From Desulfurococcales archaeon (GTDB lineage Archaea; Thermoproteota; Thermoprotei_A; Sulfolobales; Desulfurococcaceae), in the NCBI GenBank assembly GCA_027022365.1, contig JALVYU010000026.1, positions 128,001 through 192,000 of the forward strand: a stretch of DNA of 64,000 nucleotides, written 5' to 3'. Position numbers and translations under genes: made by a program. This document shows positions 30,993 to 40,096 of the stretch, piece after piece (within the stretch, counting starts at the first letter, position 1; each line of letters begins with the position of its first letter). The notes below the pieces were generated by a model. It was not told the DNA's origin and did not search any database. It saw nothing but the letters and a program-made list of their open reading frames with translations.

Positions 30993-31469
30993 TCACCCTC
31001 TATTTATTATGTTTAGGTACTCGTACACTGTTCTTGTAGCGCCTCCTATACGCCTCATCTTCACCTGGTGTGCTGGCAAATACATTATGGCACCAGTGGG
31101 ACAAACGCGAACACAGGCTGGATCCCCGCCGCAGAGATCACATTTGACCAGCTCACCGCCGTAGGATTCCCTGATCGCGCCGAAGGGGCAGACGGATATA
31201 CATGCTTTACATGTGGTGCATTTCGACTGATCTAGTATAACGCGTCCGTTCTCAACATGGAGGGCATCGAATTCGCAGACATTGACACACGGTGCTGGTT
31301 CACAATGTCTACACACAGCTATATCTACGACTACTCCTTTCTCCACCACTATTGTTATCATGGCCTGTCTTTCATCGATTACACCGCTTCTGGCAAGAGA
31401 ACAGGCAAACACACATCTCATGCACGCGTTACATTTTTCCAGATCTATATCGAGCACGTGCTTGACCAA
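30993..31469 (-). CDS. 4x[4Fe-4S] electron-transfer subunit (DmsB/HydN-like)
   Basis: CNACMRC, CRHC..PC..VC, CTTCKAC..CPFG, KCDLC..PAC..CP. Confidence 0.92.
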   Translation of the reverse strand: MVKHVLDIDLEKCNACMRCVFACSLARSGVIDERQAMITIVVEKGVVVDIAVCRHCEPAPCVNVCEFDALHVENGRVILDQSKCTTCKACISVCPFGAIRESYGGELVKCDLCGGDPACVRVCPTGAIMYLPAHQVKMRRIGGATRTVYEYLNIINRG

Positions 31470-31575
31470 TACCGATCATCTCTCTCCCTTATACAAACAA
31501 ACCCCTATGCTCCATCCTCCAACAATATCTAACTAGAGGGTTAATTAGAAGGGAAGAGAAAAAATAGTGTTAAGG

Positions 31576-32151
31576 TTAGATATTGAGCTTCTTCCTCTCC
31601 TCCCAGATCCTATACAGGGTCTTGACGGCCTCTTCGGCCTCCTTTACCCTATTGCCAGCAGGTACCTCAACGCCTTTCTCGAGAACCTCATAGACTATTC
31701 CAACAGACTTGCCTTTCTTCAGCTTTCTTACAACCTCGTATTCTGGACCGTAGAATATTGCTCCGTGCGGACATACTTTTACACATTCTGGGTCTCCGCC
31801 GCAGAGATCACATTTGATCGGCTCGGCTTTCACAGTCAATGATATGGCTCCGAACGGGCAGGCGTACACACACTCGCGGCAACCTATACACTTGTTATAA
31901 TCTATAAGCCATGCACCAGCCTTCTCGTCAAAGTATATCGCGTTAGCGGGGCATGCACGTGCACATAATGCGTCGTTGCACTGCAGGCAGAATACTGGTG
32001 TTGATGCCTGTATCTCGGGCTTCGTGATAATCGTTATTCTTGACAGGTACGGGTTAACAACGCCGTAGTGTTTGATACTGCATGCTAGTTCGCATAGATG
32101 GCATCCAGTACATTTCTCATAATCTACGGCTAGGATATACCTATGGGCCAT
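31576..32151 (-). CDS. 4x[4Fe-4S] electron-transfer subunit of the AOR cluster
   Basis: Four-cluster Cys pattern; start reset to MAHRY just after the aor stop. Confidence 0.92.
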   Translation of the reverse strand: MAHRYILAVDYEKCTGCHLCELACSIKHYGVVNPYLSRITIITKPEIQASTPVFCLQCNDALCARACPANAIYFDEKAGAWLIDYNKCIGCRECVYACPFGAISLTVKAEPIKCDLCGGDPECVKVCPHGAIFYGPEYEVVRKLKKGKSVGIVYEVLEKGVEVPAGNRVKEAEEAVKTLYRIWEERKKLNI

Positions 32152-32156
32152 CACGA

Positions 32157-34100
32157 TCACCTCCCACGCGGATACTTGTCCAGAGGCCATAGGGGTGGGC
32201 CATCCCATTCTGGGAACTCCTTGTTCTCGATCTCGTCGGCAACCCACTCGATCCCCAGGTTTCTCAGCGTCTCTCTCTTCGGCACCGCGGTCTCTACGTC
32301 ACACCCTCTCCTTTTAAGATACTCGTCGACCATCTCCCAGTGCCTCTTTATCTCGGCCTGTACCTTCGGCGTATTGATTATTTCTGGCGGGAACGGCACT
32401 GCGTAGTGCTTCTTCTTGATGCCCTGCTTGACGTTGAACGCCATCTCGATCAGGTATATCCTGTCGGCAATCTCTACTAGCTTCTCCTCGGTGAACTCGT
32501 AGCCTGTGGCGGCTGTCAGTAGCTTGGCTAGCCCCTTGAATAACGGGTACTTCCATACTAGTGGTACGGCCTGTGGCCAAGAGTTGATTGAGCCCTTACA
32601 CCTACCGATGCTGTCGGCGAGTGTACAGGCGCGTTCGCTGACGATCAACGCTCCTACAGGGTCTTTCCTATAGTCTGGGAGGCCGCCCTCAAGGAGCTTT
32701 AGGGGCAGCTCTGGATCCATGTTTCTGTCGTTCTCCCAGTATGCCCAGCTTCTTCCGCGCAGGTGGTCTGCTCCTCTCGTTGAGGTTGCATGTGCTAGTG
32801 TGAAGATGCCGTTGAGAAAGTCTACGTGGTACCATCCTCTGCTTAGTCCTTTGACATCATAACTGTATTTGAGCGCTTCTGGGCCTATGATCTTGGCGAA
32901 GTTCCTGTATCCTTCAGCCAGCTTGTTTCCGAAGCCCTCCCTGTATGCTATCATCTCTATGAGCTTGATCTGGGTCTCAGCATCGCCCCATTTCAGCGGT
33001 ATTCCGCCGGTGTCCGTGTCTGTTATTATTCCTTTCTCGTAAAGGAACTTGGCCATTGCAAGGGTGTCTCCGAGCGTGATCACATCCATGCCGTACTCGT
33101 CGGCCATCTGCTCCATCTTCAGTATAGCCTCAGTATCGGTTATCGCGTTGTTTGCTCCGAGCGCGTAGATCGACTCATACTCGCTCGATACTCCGTACTC
33201 GTTCCACCTAGGAAGCTTATAGACGTCCTTGCACGATACTGGGCAGCTGAAACACTGTGTCCTGCCTACCTCGTACTTGGCGAGGTCAACGGGCCTTATG
33301 CCCTCGGGCAGTTCTTCGGGGCCCAGGTATTTCTCGAAGTATTTCCAGCCGGGATACCATGCTAGTAGTCCGTAATGGGTCCCTATCACACTGTATATTT
33401 TCTTTACGAACTCGTTTTTCTTGAACCATTCTTCGTCCTCCTTGGCCAGCTTGAAGAAGGTCTCGGGATCAGCGATCTCGACGCCCTTGGTTCCCCTCAC
33501 TGCTATGGCTTTGAGGTTCTTAGAGCCCCAGACAGCGCCTGTTCCACGGGCTCCACTGTGGTACTTATCGATCATGGTGGTGGCGAATCTTACGAGGTGC
33601 TCGCCCGCCGGGCCTATGCCGGCCACAGCTATGTCGTCGCCATGGATGTCTCTCAGCGTGTCAACCATTTCGCTGACCTTTAATCCCCACAGATCACTTG
33701 CGTCCCTGATCTCCACCGTGTCGTCCTCGATCCAAATGTATTTAGGCTTGCTAGCTCTCCCGGTAATGACTATCTGGTCGTAGCCGGCATGCTTTAGGAT
33801 CGCTGAGAACTCGCCGCCAGCACTGCCGTCGCCTAGTATTCCTGATAAAGGCGATAGACTGCTTATCTCGGTCCTGCTTGTCATCGATAAGGCTGTGCCA
33901 GCCAACGCACCGTTAGCTAGACACAACACGTTCTCCGGGCTCAGCGGGTCTATTCCCGGCTTAACCATCTTGAATAACCTGTAGGAGTTAAGGCCTCTCC
34001 CGCCAAGATACATCTTGGCCTCTGTCTCGCTGAGAGGCTGTACTACGACTTTTTCCCTGGTTAAGTCGACATAGATTACTCTGCCTCCCCAACCATACAA
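32157..34100 (-). CDS. aor: Tungsten aldehyde:ferredoxin oxidoreductase family (WOR) catalytic subunit
   Basis: YLGGRG, SPLSG, IGPAGE, GAVWGSKNLKAI, CFSCPVSC, EYES, RGADH, DSIGRC. Confidence 0.93.
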   Translation of the reverse strand: MYGWGGRVIYVDLTREKVVVQPLSETEAKMYLGGRGLNSYRLFKMVKPGIDPLSPENVLCLANGALAGTALSMTSRTEISSLSPLSGILGDGSAGGEFSAILKHAGYDQIVITGRASKPKYIWIEDDTVEIRDASDLWGLKVSEMVDTLRDIHGDDIAVAGIGPAGEHLVRFATTMIDKYHSGARGTGAVWGSKNLKAIAVRGTKGVEIADPETFFKLAKEDEEWFKKNEFVKKIYSVIGTHYGLLAWYPGWKYFEKYLGPEELPEGIRPVDLAKYEVGRTQCFSCPVSCKDVYKLPRWNEYGVSSEYESIYALGANNAITDTEAILKMEQMADEYGMDVITLGDTLAMAKFLYEKGIITDTDTGGIPLKWGDAETQIKLIEMIAYREGFGNKLAEGYRNFAKIIGPEALKYSYDVKGLSRGWYHVDFLNGIFTLAHATSTRGADHLRGRSWAYWENDRNMDPELPLKLLEGGLPDYRKDPVGALIVSERACTLADSIGRCKGSINSWPQAVPLVWKYPLFKGLAKLLTAATGYEFTEEKLVEIADRIYLIEMAFNVKQGIKKKHYAVPFPPEIINTPKVQAEIKRHWEMVDEYLKRRGCDVETAVPKRETLRNLGIEWVADEIENKEFPEWDGPPLWPLDKYPRGR

Positions 34101-34299
34101 TTAGATCACCAGGACATGTTGTTCAAATAGAAAATGTAGGGTCCACGACGGATAATAAGCATTCCCCAATATTCTATCACAGAGTGTTTACTCTTCATAT
34201 AAGCAAAGCATTCCTTCCAACAAATAATATGTACAGCAAAAACAAACAAGATAGAATACTCTAATAAACACCGAGACAAAAACAAGATAAAATGAAGCA

Positions 34300-34351
34300 A
34301 TGACGAAGGAGTCACGAGACTGAACAAATGATGACCGGGCTATCAAGCCGA
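34300..34351 (+). ncRNA. C/D-box guide sRNA (candidate)
   Basis: ATGACGA, 13-nt guide, CTGA, ATGATGA, 13-nt guide, CCGA in an A-rich intergenic region. Confidence 0.6.
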
Positions 34352-34402
34352 GCAAAAACACAGAAATAGGCAACAATACTATCACAAAATACACGGACAA
34401 CA

Positions 34403-34481
34403 GGGCCCGTAGCCTAGCCAGGACCAAGGCGCCGGCCTTCGGAGCCGGAGACCCCGGGTTCAAATCCCGGCGGGCCCGCCA
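34403..34481 (+). tRNA. tRNA-Arg(TCG)
   Basis: Full cloverleaf, CCGGC-CTTCGGA-GCCGG anticodon arm, encoded CCA. Confidence 0.96.
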
Positions 34482-34510
34482 CTTATGAACTCACTATATA
34501 AGTCTTTCCT
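34470..34510 (+). repeat. 41-bp direct repeat copy 1 (tRNA-Arg 3' end plus 29 nt flank), att-like
   Basis: GCGGGCCCGCCACTTATGAACTCACTATATAAGTCTTTCCT identical to 35450-35490. Confidence 0.92.
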
Positions 34511-34606
34511 TTTTATCCAAGATAAGGCCGTAGCTTCTAGTTCAGATAAGAACTAAATTAGTTCCTAGCTTCATCGTTGATAACCTCGGCAGATAATCTT
34601 GACGAT

Positions 34607-35059
34607 CTAGGGCGCAACTTTTAGCCAGGGAACTCTCTTAAAGTCTTCATCGAATGTTATGATAGTGTCTATGTTATTGTGTTTACATGTTAGGGCTATG
34701 ATTGCGTCGCTTGGAAGGAGTTTTAGTTGGCTAGCTGTTTCTATCATGTCTTGGTATTCCACGTTTTCTACTAGGACTTCTACCTCAAGGTCTTCCAGTA
34801 ACTTCCTTATACCATTAACTATGAACTCTGGATATCCCTTGTTCACTATTAGTTTTCTTAGGCTGTACGGCCCTTTAAGTTCCTCCATGGTCTTGTAGCA
34901 TTTTCTTGTGGATATGTAGAGTAATTCGTTTATCACTGTTAGACTAGTATAGAACTTGTTTTCTTCGTAATCCTCTAGCAACTTTCGGGCTTTACGTGTG
35001 AGGTTTGTCTCAAATAATACATTATAAAATATATTCGTGTCTATGAAGACCTTATTCAC
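34607..35059 (-). CDS. vapC: VapC PIN-domain toxin
   Basis: VFIDTNI, VINE, LLPSDAIIA, TFDEDF. Confidence 0.92.
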   Translation of the reverse strand: MNKVFIDTNIFYNVLFETNLTRKARKLLEDYEENKFYTSLTVINELLYISTRKCYKTMEELKGPYSLRKLIVNKGYPEFIVNGIRKLLEDLEVEVLVENVEYQDMIETASQLKLLPSDAIIALTCKHNNIDTIITFDEDFKRVPWLKVAP

Positions 35060-35271
35060 TGAGCTTGAGCCTCCTCCTCATACTCCTTGAGCTCCTCTAC
35101 AGAAGCCTTACCGAATAACCCAACATATTTGTCGAGTACTTCGCTCACTCTATGCTTACGTATGAAGACTACTAGCTCCTCTCCCTCCTGTAACTCTACC
35201 GGCTCCAACGGCTTTAATACTCCCTTCTCATATCGGACACGTATAGCCTTAGACAAGACCCTATCCACCAC
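35056..35271 (-). CDS. AF2212/DUF104-family antitoxin
   Basis: IRVRYEKGVLKPLEPVELQEGE motif; 4-nt overlap with vapC. Confidence 0.9.
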   Translation of the reverse strand: MVDRVLSKAIRVRYEKGVLKPLEPVELQEGEELVVFIRKHRVSEVLDKYVGLFGKASVEELKEYEEEAQAQ

Positions 35272-35412
35272 TTATAAGTAGTACTCCTCAAGGCAATTAG
35301 CCTTTCTAGTCTAGGCGTTTCCGGATCATCAGTAACAATATTTATGGGCGATAATCATTTTTGAAGTTTGTTTCCAGTTCATGGTTTCCTCTGGAAACTC
35401 CACTTATATTTC

Positions 35413-35490
35413 CCGGGTTTTCGGAGCGGAGATCCTGGCTCTAATCCCTGCGGGCCCGCCACTTATGAACTCACTATATAAGTCTTTCCT
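35413..35490 (+). repeat. Degenerate tRNA-Arg 3' half plus 41-bp direct repeat copy 2
   Basis: CCGGGTTTTCGGAGCGGAGATCCTGGCTCTAATCCCT aligns to the anticodon and T arms; 35450-35490 identical to copy 1. Confidence 0.9.
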
Positions 35491-35540
35491 GACTGTTCCC
35501 GATAAGTTTTTATACCCTTGGGATTGTCCCATTTCTCCTC

Positions 35541-35760
35541 ATGAGATTTGGGACACTTGCATTGTATCTTGGAGGAGTGGCAGGCAAAGGAAGTTCTCCA
35601 GCACCTCTATTGCCAGCACAAGAGTATTAGAGAGCTGGCTAGCCTGTTAAGTGTTAGTAAGAGTACTCCCCATAGATGATTGAAGGGGGAGCAGCCAATC
35701 CCAGCTCTGCTAAGGGTAAGGCTCTGCGAATTACTGCCAGAGGAAGAACTCTTACATATT
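35541..35760 (+). pseudogene. HTH fragment resembling the N-terminus of pNOB8-type archaeal tyrosine integrases
   Basis: QAKEVLQHLY..SIRELASLLSVSKSTPHR*LKGEQPIP..RLCELLPEEELL with in-frame TGA at 35677; next to the att copy. Confidence 0.55.
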
Positions 35761-36211
35761 CAGAGCTTCCAAAGTACCTCGAAGACTATTTCAGAAAATT
35801 TCCAGAAAGTGTGTTATAATCTATAATCATAGAAACATTACTAAAATACGCCATATTCTTACTATGATAATTGTGGTTTTGGGCTGGAAAACAGCCATAG
35901 ACAAAGGTATTAACTATAAAGCATAAATGCTTCCAAATGAGATAATAGAATATCTATAAATATCTGTTTAGGTCATAAGGAATTAAGATGATCTTGGGGT
36001 ATTTCCTACTGCTTCTACGTATATCTGCTTTTATAAATTACGTCTTGTATTAAAATTGTGCCATACAAAAGGATATGACCAATGAAGGGTCAATATCTTT
36101 TATAAGTTTCTCTCTATTGCTTCTTTTTTGGTTCTCTTTATCGTGTCATCAAAGCAAGTAATAGACTTTATTTAGTAGAGATATGCTAGAGATTGCCGGA
36201 GGTTAATTATA

Positions 36212-37066
36212 ATGGATCTTGCTATATTAAGAAAGAATGTGGAGCTATGTTTCTCTTCTGCTATTAAGGATTCAGAAAAAAGAAAAGTGGCTGTTTCTCG
36301 AAGGGCAACTGGAAGTGCAAGTGGACTACCTTTTGAGCCTTGGGCTAGAGACATACTACAAGAATGTGGATTCTCTGTATTTCTTCAAGAAGAGTTCATT
36401 GGTACAGTTGTAAGAGAGATGAGAAAAAGAGGTTATACCAATGACAAAATATCGTATATTATCAGGGAGAGAACTTGGTGGGGTATGAAGGATTACATGG
36501 TTTCAAGAAAACAACTAGAGGCAGCTCTTAAAAATACCGATATACCTACATATCAACAGAGTATTGCAGATATTGTACTATTTTATGGAAATGATATAGT
36601 CAGCGAACTCAATAACATAGTTATTATCAATGTCAAATCACATGATATTGATAGAAAAAGTAGGGATCCTAATATTATATCAGCTAAAAGAGTTTTGGAG
36701 TTTTTCAAGGATCTCTTGGAAAAGGCTGTCACCTATCCGGAATTCATCGATAAGGCTAATTTATGGTTTATAGGTTTCTACTATAAGAGATATCGAAGCT
36801 ATAGTGAAATAAAAGAAATATATGTAAAAGATTTATTCAAACTTGATGTTACAAGAATACCTGTTATAAACTTCGATGCTGCAATTCAGATACAGTGGCA
36901 TGTTAAAAATATGATTGAGAAAGAGGATATGGACAAGCTAAAATTCATTGAAAGTCTTGCAGAGGAGTATCTTAAAAGATGGCAGGAATTCGTGCAGAAG
37001 CGTACCCAAAAACTAGAGGAAACAATTCAAGAATTGAAGTCGTTAATTAAGAAGGTAAAAAGCTAA
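36212..37066 (+). CDS. Type II restriction endonuclease, HincII-like
   Basis: GSASGLPFE, IADIVL, INVK, PNIISA, INFDAAIQIQWHV parallel recalled HincII motifs (AGEPFE, TADILL, DVK, PNIISA, INWAAAMQIQFHV). Confidence 0.8.
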   Translation: MDLAILRKNVELCFSSAIKDSEKRKVAVSRRATGSASGLPFEPWARDILQECGFSVFLQEEFIGTVVREMRKRGYTNDKISYIIRERTWWGMKDYMVSRKQLEAALKNTDIPTYQQSIADIVLFYGNDIVSELNNIVIINVKSHDIDRKSRDPNIISAKRVLEFFKDLLEKAVTYPEFIDKANLWFIGFYYKRYRSYSEIKEIYVKDLFKLDVTRIPVINFDAAIQIQWHVKNMIEKEDMDKLKFIESLAEEYLKRWQEFVQKRTQKLEETIQELKSLIKKVKS

Positions 37067-37077
37067 AGAAGGCTTTT

Positions 37078-38685
37078 CTAATGAAGGGTGATTCGTAGAA
37101 GTTTAGAAACTAGTCTGTTAATTTCATCGATATACGTTCTCCACGATTTCTTACTAATTATTTCATTTGTTAAATTAACTATTTCTTCATATAGTTTCTT
37201 TTCTTCACTATTATTCCAGTCTATTCTAATAATGGGTATAGTTGCTAAAGGTTTCTCTGAGAAATCATAAACTCCTCCACGGGTAAATCCCTTATATATT
37301 ATATATTGTTGATAAGGCTCGGAATTTAACAGGGCCAATAAATACTTTGCGCCTTCGCGAAATTCAGCCTTAGGACAGATTACGGTTACATCTTGAGTAG
37401 CATAGTATAAGCCCTTTATATAAGCAAACCTGAAGTAACCCCGGGTATCGTACCGCTCCTTGCTTGGTACAAGTATTTTTTCTTCATATCTTTCAAAAAG
37501 ATGCTTATTCCGGGGGAACACCCAATGCCACCACGGTATGTATCTCCCGTAGTTATATCTCTTGAGTAGCCTGTCTTTGTACTGGGTAAGCTTTTGATAA
37601 AAATATGGATAGTCTTTCCTTAGCTCATCTTCCCTCTCGACATCATTTATATAAATATAAGGTATGGGGTTTTTTATAGGGTAAAATCTATCTAGAGTGC
37701 TTGCTTTATATACGTATATCACATGATTCTTTTCTTTTGAATTTAGTTTTTGTATTTCATTTTCGTTTAACTGGAAAACTTTATCGAGGCCACTGACCAT
37801 TCCGTTGCCTATCTCAGCTATATTACCGAGAAGCGATATTCTCCTGAAATGTATTAATGGTGAGAATTGGAAAGATAACAGGGGGTTTAAAGTTGATATA
37901 TTATCAGGAACAGGTCTCCACGGCTCTCCGTCTTTGAATTGTTCGTGAAGAAAAGCTTCGTAGATGCCATCACGGATATATTTTTCCCCGTTATCTAGTC
38001 TAAGGAGTAATTTCTTTATCCTATCAAGATGAGTAGGCGTGAGACGCTCCTTTGTATGTAAATTAACTATTTTTATTTGTTTCAAGGATTTTCTTTTCAC
38101 ATATTTAAATATAATAATAGTAGAGGACACTTCCTCAAATATACGCATCTCATTAAAATTAATCAGTAATTCTAAATGACCCCTCTTGATAAGGTAATTT
38201 CTCAGTTTCCTTCCATGAACAGTTTCTGTCCAGAAAATTGGTGTAATAAAGATGAGTTCTCCTCCGGGCTTTAACATATTAACACTATGATAAATAAATG
38301 CGTAGGTTAAATCCGATAAACCGTTCATTATAGAACTCCAATAATTATCGCTTCTAAATTTATCCCTCCATTTTTTAGGTATATTTTTCCATCTAACATA
38401 GGGTGGATTTCCAATAACTACATCATACTTTTCTTCAGGTTTCACTTCTAAGAAATCCTTGTACACTATTTTTACGGGCGAGTAGTTTGGTAGGTTTTGG
38501 TCTATTTCATAAGCATGTATATTCGTGTATCCAGCCTCAACAAGAGCAGAAAGGAACACGCCAGTACCAGCACACGGATCTAAAATCAATGCATTTTTAG
38601 GCTTAGTTATAAGAGAAACCATAAACTTGGCAACAAATTTTGGCGTGAAATATTGCCCTAGCTCCTTAGTCTTCTTCTCCCTCAT
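37078..38685 (-). CDS. N6-adenine DNA methyltransferase, gamma class (TaqI/Eco57I-like)
   Basis: GQYFTP, DPCAGTGVF (motif I), GNPPY (motif IV), TaqI_C-like C-terminus. Confidence 0.93.
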   Translation of the reverse strand: MREKKTKELGQYFTPKFVAKFMVSLITKPKNALILDPCAGTGVFLSALVEAGYTNIHAYEIDQNLPNYSPVKIVYKDFLEVKPEEKYDVVIGNPPYVRWKNIPKKWRDKFRSDNYWSSIMNGLSDLTYAFIYHSVNMLKPGGELIFITPIFWTETVHGRKLRNYLIKRGHLELLINFNEMRIFEEVSSTIIIFKYVKRKSLKQIKIVNLHTKERLTPTHLDRIKKLLLRLDNGEKYIRDGIYEAFLHEQFKDGEPWRPVPDNISTLNPLLSFQFSPLIHFRRISLLGNIAEIGNGMVSGLDKVFQLNENEIQKLNSKEKNHVIYVYKASTLDRFYPIKNPIPYIYINDVEREDELRKDYPYFYQKLTQYKDRLLKRYNYGRYIPWWHWVFPRNKHLFERYEEKILVPSKERYDTRGYFRFAYIKGLYYATQDVTVICPKAEFREGAKYLLALLNSEPYQQYIIYKGFTRGGVYDFSEKPLATIPIIRIDWNNSEEKKLYEEIVNLTNEIISKKSWRTYIDEINRLVSKLLRITLH

Positions 38686-38878
38686 ATTTATTCACCTCTT
38701 TAATCAAATTATAAATGATTATATTATGGACTTCTCTGCCAACCATGACAAAACTATTACTTTAACAGTTTCAGAATCGCTATTAAGTCCAAGTTTTTTC
38801 CTTATCATTTTAATTATTTCATATTGCTTTTTAGAAAAAAGGACTTGTACCCGCTTATACCGTTGCTCCGTAGACATT

Positions 38879-38928
38879 ATACTCGTACCCGAGTATAATA
38901 ATACTCGATTTTGAGTATATTTGAGTAT
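38879..38928. repeat. Five phased GAGTAT/ATACTC motifs (11/11/11/10-bp spacing)
   Basis: ATACTCG 38879, CGAGTAT 38890, ATACTCG 38901, TGAGTAT 38912, TGAGTAT 38922. Confidence 0.75.
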
Positions 38929-39240
38929 ATATGTTATGCACTTAGTAGATCTAGATCTTCAAGTGGAATTCATATGCTATTCATTCTTTTTCATAAAGCC
39001 TATATTCATAATATTCATACCCGAGCTCAAGTTTATAGAAGGTAGATCTTGAATATACTCTAGAACGCTAGTTAGTTTAAGAAGACCAATATAAAGACAA
39101 GGCGCCAAGCCCATTATAGAATAGGAAGGGCGAGATGAGCTTTTGTCTCGAGATCCTGGAATCCCCTAGTATTATGGCTTAGACCTACACTTTTCTCTTC
39201 GATATATAGATGTTGTGCTGAGAGTTATAGGCTTCTTCCT

Positions 39241-39810
39241 GTGGATGTAAGAAGGGTTTTGGAGGATAAGAAGCTTGGATATTTCGGTGATGTTCGGCGT
39301 TCGCTAGATCTGCTTCTATGTATGCATGCTTATTGGGATCTCCAGTATGGGCCTAAAAGGGTTAAGAATGCTCCGGAGCTGAGAAGGCGTGTAAAGTTGG
39401 GTTGGATAGCTTATAGCATGAATGCTGCTCAAAAACTTCTTGATCAATGGAGCCAGTTAGAAGAAGAGTTATGGAAATGGTATGAAGATGAGGGCAACAA
39501 ATACAGGGATAAGAAGACGTTTAAGGATTCCATAGACTTCCTGCACGGCTACATACAGACAACAATTGCCGAACTGGCAGATATCACGCTGTTTAACATA
39601 CGGTTTCAGAGTCCACTTCACTTCATCGTACCACGTTTCTTAAGTTTGGTTGAGATAAACAAGTACAAACACTTTAATGAAGAGAAGTACTTCTTCGTCA
39701 GTGACCTCATAGCTATCCGTCTCGTACTCTACAAACCAACAAACCCGTCCGTCGATGATTTCTTGACTGTGAGTCTTGAACCCTTGAGAAAAAAGAATAT
39801 TGTTATGTGA
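39241..39810 (+). CDS. Hypothetical protein (island orphan)
   Basis: 189-aa ORF; no recognised motif. Confidence 0.5.
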   Translation: MDVRRVLEDKKLGYFGDVRRSLDLLLCMHAYWDLQYGPKRVKNAPELRRRVKLGWIAYSMNAAQKLLDQWSQLEEELWKWYEDEGNKYRDKKTFKDSIDFLHGYIQTTIAELADITLFNIRFQSPLHFIVPRFLSLVEINKYKHFNEEKYFFVSDLIAIRLVLYKPTNPSVDDFLTVSLEPLRKKNIVM

Positions 39811-40028
39811 TATTATGGCTAGCTGTGGAGAAGAATTAACATGGAAGAGGATATGAAACTCACTTACTGAAGAAAGCCGAGAAGTATGCCTGCATTAGAG
39901 GGAAGTATACCCTCACCGCTAAGACTTACGGAGGAGGGACTACGAACCCTATATTAAAAACATTGAAACTCTACAAGAATGAAGGGTTCAAAGTATATGA
40001 GACAATAGATCAATACAAAATCCTTTGA
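39810..40028 (+). pseudogene. GNAT acetyltransferase C-terminal fragment
   Basis: ILWLAVEKN*HGRGYETHLLKKAEKYA...LKLYKNEGFKV; internal TAA at 39837. Confidence 0.65.
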
Positions 40029-40096
40029 CGGCAATCAGCCACTATCCTAATGGAAAAATTACCAGAATATTGAAAATCTTAATGATTAATTCGTTA

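Larger units (their letters stand above)
34482..40030. mobile_element. Decayed tRNA-Arg-integrated element / defence island
   Basis: att-like duplication, TA pair, integrase-like remnant, AT-rich R-M genes, pseudogenes; right boundary uncertain. Confidence 0.65.

Noticed and set aside
34106-34463. Two hydrophobic minus-strand ORFs
   Set aside because: Arise from A-rich intergenic DNA and tRNA antisense
35381-35650. 89-aa ORF spanning the att copy (possible SSV-type split integrase)
   Set aside because: No integrase motifs; the HTH relic is in another frame
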